Assembly (NCBI RefSeq): GCF_001465295.1
Contig: NZ_CP011034.1
Span: 2,880,001-2,912,000 of the forward strand
Length of the DNA: 32,000 bases
Source: Pseudoalteromonas translucida KMM 520
GTDB lineage: Bacteria; Pseudomonadota; Gammaproteobacteria; Enterobacterales; Alteromonadaceae
Direction: 5' to 3'
Every line of letters begins with the position of its first letter. The stretch's first letter is position 1. The position numbers and the translations under genes were made by a program. Below the pieces are notes generated by a model that did not search any database, was not told the origin of the DNA, and saw nothing but the letters and a program-made list of their open reading frames with translations. Shown in pieces: positions 28,275 through 32,000 of the stretch.

Positions 28275-29984
28275 ATGATTACTAAAAAATGGATTTCATC
28301 TTGTTGTTTTAGCTTCTGTATTCCAAGCTTTTTTATGTTCAGTTTAGCTGCGCAAGAAACCCCTCATGCGCAAAATGATTGCACAAGCGAGCAACCGCAA
28401 CAATCAAGTAGTCATAATTTACGCCGCCAACTAGATCAACCAACGCCACTGTTAAAACAAAGTAGTAATGCAAAAATTGCCAATATTACTTTGCAGCAAC
28501 TTAACGTATTTAATACTGAACTCGAAGCCGAAAATAACGCCCTATTTCGCTTTGCTAACCGTGCGCATATTCAAACCGAGCCTGAGGTTATTAAAAGTAT
28601 TTTATTGTTTGAGAGCGGTGATAATTTTGATCCTAAAAAACTCGCCGAATCAGAACGCTTACTGCGTAAACAAAACTATTTATACGATGCTCAAGTTATT
28701 GCCACCGAAAACTGTGAAGGGAACGTTAATGTTACCGTCGTTACTCGTGACTTATGGACACTGCTACCTGAAATAAGCTTTAGTCGCAGTGGCGGAGAAA
28801 ACAAGTCAAGTATTGGCTTTCGCGAATCTAACTTATTTGGCTGGGGTAAACGTTTGTCGCTGTCGCGCACTACAGATAGCGATCGTAATGGATATTTATT
28901 TGTATACGACGATCCTAATATTTTATCAACTCGCTATCGTGGGCGTTTAGAGTACGCCGATAATAACGATGGTAAACGCCATCTGCTAGAGCTTACCTAT
29001 CCGTTTTTTGCTATAGACACCCCTTTTAGCTACGGTATTTTAAGCTATTCAGAGCAACGCGAAGAAGCGCTATATCAGCGCGGTGAAAAGTTTAGCGAGT
29101 TTGATCAAACGACCGACTACAACAGCTTTTTTGTTGGTCACTCCAAAGCATTAAGCCATAACTGGACCCAGCGCCTCAGCCTAGGTTACGTTGATGAGCA
29201 ACATACTTTTGCTGCAATAGATTCAACCTTTGCCCCCTTAGCCGTCGATCGCAGTTTAAGCTATCCTTATGTAAGCGGACACTGGTTTGAAGATAATTTT
29301 ATAAAAGTACGCAATTTCGACAGTATTTATCGTACTGAAGACTTAAACTTAGGTTGGAACATAAAAGCCTTACTGGGTTACTCCGATGAATCTGTTAGTA
29401 ACGATGATAGCCGCGCGGTTTACTCTTTTAACTTTAAAAAAGCTCACTTTAGTGGCGATAATACCTTATGGCGCTTTAGTGCAGACATTGATGGTTACTG
29501 GAATAAAGAGCAGGACAAATTTGAAAACCTGATCTCCACCAGCCAAATACAATATTATTTAAATACCAGCATTGATCAGTCTTGGTATGTAAAAGCTCGG
29601 GTGCAGTACGCTAAAAACCTCACTAACGATAAACAACTTACACTAGGCGGCGAAACCGGCCTGCGTGGCTATCCTATGGATTATCAGCATGGGGATCGCA
29701 GCTTTTTAGTGAGTTTAGAAAAGCGCTACTATTGGGAATATGATTTGCTGCAATTATTTAAAGTAGGCGGCGCGGCGTTTCTTGATGTAGGCCGAGCATG
29801 GTCTAACACCCCAAATAACGTTGAAGATAGTCGCGTTCTTAAAAATGCAGGTATAGGCCTGCGCTTAGCACCAAGCCGTGCTAATGCCGGCACCATGATC
29901 CATATAGATATAGCTGCACCGCTAGATAGTGCCGATGGCGTAGATTCAGTACAGTGGCTGGTAAATGTTAAAAATTCTTTTTAA
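28275..29984 (+). CDS. Omp85-superfamily outer-membrane beta-barrel protein with a single POTRA-like domain
   Basis: Reading N to C: signal peptide (…FMFSLAA/QE), a Q/S-rich linker, then one POTRA-like module (IANITLQQLNVF…VIKSILLFESGDNFDPKKLAESERLLRKQNYLYDAQV…NVNVTVVTRD). The barrel carries the Omp85 loop-6 motif (GGETGLRGYP) and a C-terminal beta-signal ending …VNVKNSF. RBS is AAAGGG. Confidence 0.8.
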   Translation: MITKKWISSCCFSFCIPSFFMFSLAAQETPHAQNDCTSEQPQQSSSHNLRRQLDQPTPLLKQSSNAKIANITLQQLNVFNTELEAENNALFRFANRAHIQTEPEVIKSILLFESGDNFDPKKLAESERLLRKQNYLYDAQVIATENCEGNVNVTVVTRDLWTLLPEISFSRSGGENKSSIGFRESNLFGWGKRLSLSRTTDSDRNGYLFVYDDPNILSTRYRGRLEYADNNDGKRHLLELTYPFFAIDTPFSYGILSYSEQREEALYQRGEKFSEFDQTTDYNSFFVGHSKALSHNWTQRLSLGYVDEQHTFAAIDSTFAPLAVDRSLSYPYVSGHWFEDNFIKVRNFDSIYRTEDLNLGWNIKALLGYSDESVSNDDSRAVYSFNFKKAHFSGDNTLWRFSADIDGYWNKEQDKFENLISTSQIQYYLNTSIDQSWYVKARVQYAKNLTNDKQLTLGGETGLRGYPMDYQHGDRSFLVSLEKRYYWEYDLLQLFKVGGAAFLDVGRAWSNTPNNVEDSRVLKNAGIGLRLAPSRANAGTMIHIDIAAPLDSADGVDSVQWLVNVKNSF

Positions 29985-30049
29985 ATGGCTATTTCGTCGC
30001 ACCCTAAAGCGTTAAACTGGGCATATATAATTATTGTGAGACTATAACT

Positions 30050-30619
30050 TTGGAATTGTTAGCACTACTTGGCACCCAATATAAACTGGTCGTTACCCTT
30101 ATTGCGTTATTACTTTTTCCGATACTGTTAAAAGGCACTAAAAAGCTTCTCGAAAAAGCCATTAAAGGAAAAATAGACCTACACCGTAAATATCGTGCTG
30201 AGCTATTACTTAAAATTATCCTCGCATTTGTGATGTTATGTTTAGTGCTGGTATTTTGGGGTATTGAGCTACGCGGACTCCTAGTACTAGGTTCGTCGCT
30301 ATTTGCTATGTTAGGTGTTGCACTGTTTGCCGCTTGGTCATTACTTAGTAATCTTACCGCTTTTTTACTGATGTTTATTCAAAATGACTGCCGCGTTGGC
30401 TATTGGGTACGTATTGTTGATGGCGCAAATAGTATTGAAGGGCGCATTATAGAAATGGGCTTAATGAATGTAGTGCTTGAGCATATTGACGGGCATAGAG
30501 TTATTTATCCCAATAACTTATTTGTAACTCGTCCGGTGCTGGTTTTAAACAAAGAGCCTAAGCCAACAAAAGCCCCGGTAATTAGGCGTATTATTGGCCC
30601 AAAAAAGCCAAATAAATAG
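30050..30619 (+). CDS. Truncated MscS-like mechanosensitive channel-domain protein (TM helices plus beta domain only)
   Basis: Its pore-helix and beta-domain region GVALFAAWSLLSNLTAFLLMFIQNDCRVGYWVRIVDGANSIEGRIIEMGLMNVVLEHIDGHRVIYPNNLF aligns with MscS TM3 and the beta domain. The protein ends about 25 aa later, so it has no alpha/beta C-terminal domain. The only start is a TTG at 30050 with a weak RBS. Confidence 0.62.
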   Translation: MELLALLGTQYKLVVTLIALLLFPILLKGTKKLLEKAIKGKIDLHRKYRAELLLKIILAFVMLCLVLVFWGIELRGLLVLGSSLFAMLGVALFAAWSLLSNLTAFLLMFIQNDCRVGYWVRIVDGANSIEGRIIEMGLMNVVLEHIDGHRVIYPNNLFVTRPVLVLNKEPKPTKAPVIRRIIGPKKPNK

Positions 30620-30625
30620 CAATAA

Positions 30626-30669
30626 AAAAGCCGTTTTGTTATCCCAACTGGGTTAACTAAAACGGCTTT
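30626..30669. terminator. Bidirectional hairpin between the convergent mini-MscS and deacylase genes
   Basis: The arms AAAGCCGTTTT … AAAACGGCTTT are 11 bp, with a loop of about 21 nt. A/T runs lie on both flanks. Confidence 0.55.
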
Positions 30670-30709
30670 ACAATTTATTCTACCAACATTTAGTAGCTTA
30701 CTATTACAA

Positions 30710-31768
30710 CTAGTTATTTAACTCAGCTGTTTTAAGCTCATCATCTAAATCATTTATTTCATCAATAAAAGTGCCTAGCTGTTGTTCAACCAAGCTATTT
30801 GCATGAGCAAAATAAGCAATATGGAACACTGCATCACCCTCATTTACTAATGGCATAGTTTGCTGGCCAATAATAATTCCACTGCGTGGTGCTGGTAACT
30901 CAAGTTCAGAGTCGCCAAGTGGGCTGCTAATATAAGCAAGCACTTGTCCCTTAGTAACACGCTCTCCAAGCGATACCTGCGCACGCACAATGCCATCTAC
31001 ATTAGCACGCACCCAACTTGTAGAGCTGGCTATAATAGGCTCAGGAAGCTTTCTAGGACGCTTACCACGGATCATTTTTAAATGGCGCATAACATAGTCA
31101 ACGCCTTGTACACCTGCAGCAATCGCAAATGGGTCAAAACGCAGTGCTTCACCGGCTTCATAAGTAATAACCGGGATCCCTAAGTTAGCGGCTTCGCTGC
31201 GCAGTGAGCCATTACGTAACGAGGCATCTATCACTGCGGGTGTACCAAATGCTTTAGCCATTTGTGCGGTGGCTTCATCGGCTAAATTAGCGCGTATTTG
31301 CGGTAAGTTAGTGCGGTGAATAGCTCCCGTATGTAAATCAATAATATGGGTACAATGTACTGCCACTTGATTAAAAAACATATATGCCATACGACCAGCC
31401 AGCGAGCCACGCTCTGAACCCGGAAAACTGCGGTTCATATCACGTCTATCGGGTAAGTAGCGCGACTTATGTATAAAGCCAAACACATTTACAATCGGCA
31501 CCGCAATCAGCGTGCCACGCAACTGGTTAGGATCTATTTTAGCAAGTAATTGACGCACCACTTCTACGCCATTAAGTTCATCGCCATGAATAGCCGCACA
31601 CACCATAAGTACCGGCCCTTCCATAACACCATTAACCACTTCAATTGGAATGTTAAGTGGAGAGTGGGTATAAAGTTTTGCCGCTTCTAAGGCCAGCGTT
31701 TTACGCTCGCCTACGCCAACACTTTCACCTAATAAGGTAAAAGAACGGTTAATTTTAACCTTTGCCAC
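30710..31768 (-). CDS. Succinylglutamate desuccinylase/aspartoacylase (AstE/AspA) family zinc deacylase with a C-terminal barrel-sandwich-like domain
   Basis: Zn-binding and catalytic motifs [10 protein letters not shown] (HxxE), IIDLHTG and ITYEAGEA are present. I prefer the GTG start at 31768 because AAGGAA lies 9 nt upstream, which gives a 14-nt overlap with rimK. The track start, a TTG at 31813, would overlap rimK by 59 nt. Confidence 0.82.
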   Translation of the reverse strand: MAKVKINRSFTLLGESVGVGERKTLALEAAKLYTHSPLNIPIEVVNGVMEGPVLMVCAAIHGDELNGVEVVRQLLAKIDPNQLRGTLIAVPIVNVFGFIHKSRYLPDRRDMNRSFPGSERGSLAGRMAYMFFNQVAVHCTHIIDLHTGAIHRTNLPQIRANLADEATAQMAKAFGTPAVIDASLRNGSLRSEAANLGIPVITYEAGEALRFDPFAIAAGVQGVDYVMRHLKMIRGKRPRKLPEPIIASSTSWVRANVDGIVRAQVSLGERVTKGQVLAYISSPLGDSELELPAPRSGIIIGQQTMPLVNEGDAVFHIAYFAHANSLVEQQLGTFIDEINDLDDELKTAELNN

Positions 31769-32000
31769 GAGTTGCGGTTCCTTTACTTGACGCAGTTTTT
31801 TCAATGAAATCAATCACCATACCTGCAATATCTTTACCGGTTGCTATTTCAATGCCCTCAAGGCCTGGTGATGAGTTAACTTCCATCACTAAAGGACCAC
31901 GTGACGAGCGAAGTAAATCAACACCGGCTACATTTAAGCCCATCGCTTTAGCAGCTGCAACGGCTGTTTTACGTTCTTCTGGCGTAATGCGCACTAATGT
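31755..32000 (-). CDS. rimK: Ribosomal protein S6 glutamate ligase RimK (ATP-grasp), C-terminal part; gene continues beyond the right edge
   Basis: …[65 protein letters not shown]… is near-collinear with the E. coli RimK C-terminus. The frame is open to position 32000. Confidence 0.9.
   Translation of the reverse strand, partial: TLVRITPEERKTAVAAAKAMGLNVAGVDLLRSSRGPLVMEVNSSPGLEGIEIATGKDIAGMVIDFIEKTASSKGTATRGKG

Noticed and set aside
1-32000. I searched the window for CRISPR arrays, tRNA or rRNA genes, IS elements or transposases, integrases, toxin-antitoxin pairs, defence-island hallmarks, large direct or tandem repeats and abrupt composition shifts.
   Set aside because: None was seen. Every intergenic gap longer than 150 nt is accounted for by divergent promoters, a riboswitch leader or the small ORF. 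Gene content is housekeeping, with E. coli-like micro-synteny blocks.

Overview
This window looks like conserved core chromosome of an AT-rich marine gammaproteobacterium. Gene content and protein sequences resemble Alteromonadales such as Pseudoalteromonas, but that assignment is inference only. I see no tRNA or rRNA genes, CRISPR array, integrase, transposase or phage genes, and no obvious compositional island.

Gene order, left to right:
- mlaB' (partial), mlaC, mlaD, mlaE and mlaF on the minus strand.
- Divergent from these, a long plus-strand string: yrbG, kdsD, kdsC, lptC, lptA, lptB, rpoN, hpf, ptsN, rapZ, npr, then mgtE.
- An MscS-family channel and yaaA on the minus strand.
- tal and a 59-aa small ORF that the ORF track missed, on the plus strand.
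- A minus-strand operon led by a cobalamin riboswitch: btuD-like, btuC-like, cobQ, cobO, btuF-like, ung.
- A general porin and hdfR on the minus strand, divergent from maoP.
- rarD and yigI on the minus strand.
- recQ, a small His-rich ORF, an orphan single-POTRA Omp85 protein and a truncated MscS-like protein on the plus strand.
- An AstE/AspA-family zinc deacylase overlapping the 3' end of rimK (partial) on the minus strand.

Most genes are confidently recognisable from catalytic motifs and E. coli-like micro-synteny. I cannot point to an unambiguous novel multi-gene system. The most under-explained pieces are:
1. The translationally overlapped rimK / M14-like deacylase pair, a possible glutamylation and deglutamylation cycle.
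2. The block downstream of recQ: the His-rich small protein, the orphan Omp85 and the mini-MscS.
3. A compact cobalamin riboswitch that drives a salvage and transport operon ending in a translationally coupled ung.
4. A candidate maoS-like site in the hdfR-maoP spacer.

All identifications come from reading the translations. No database search was run.
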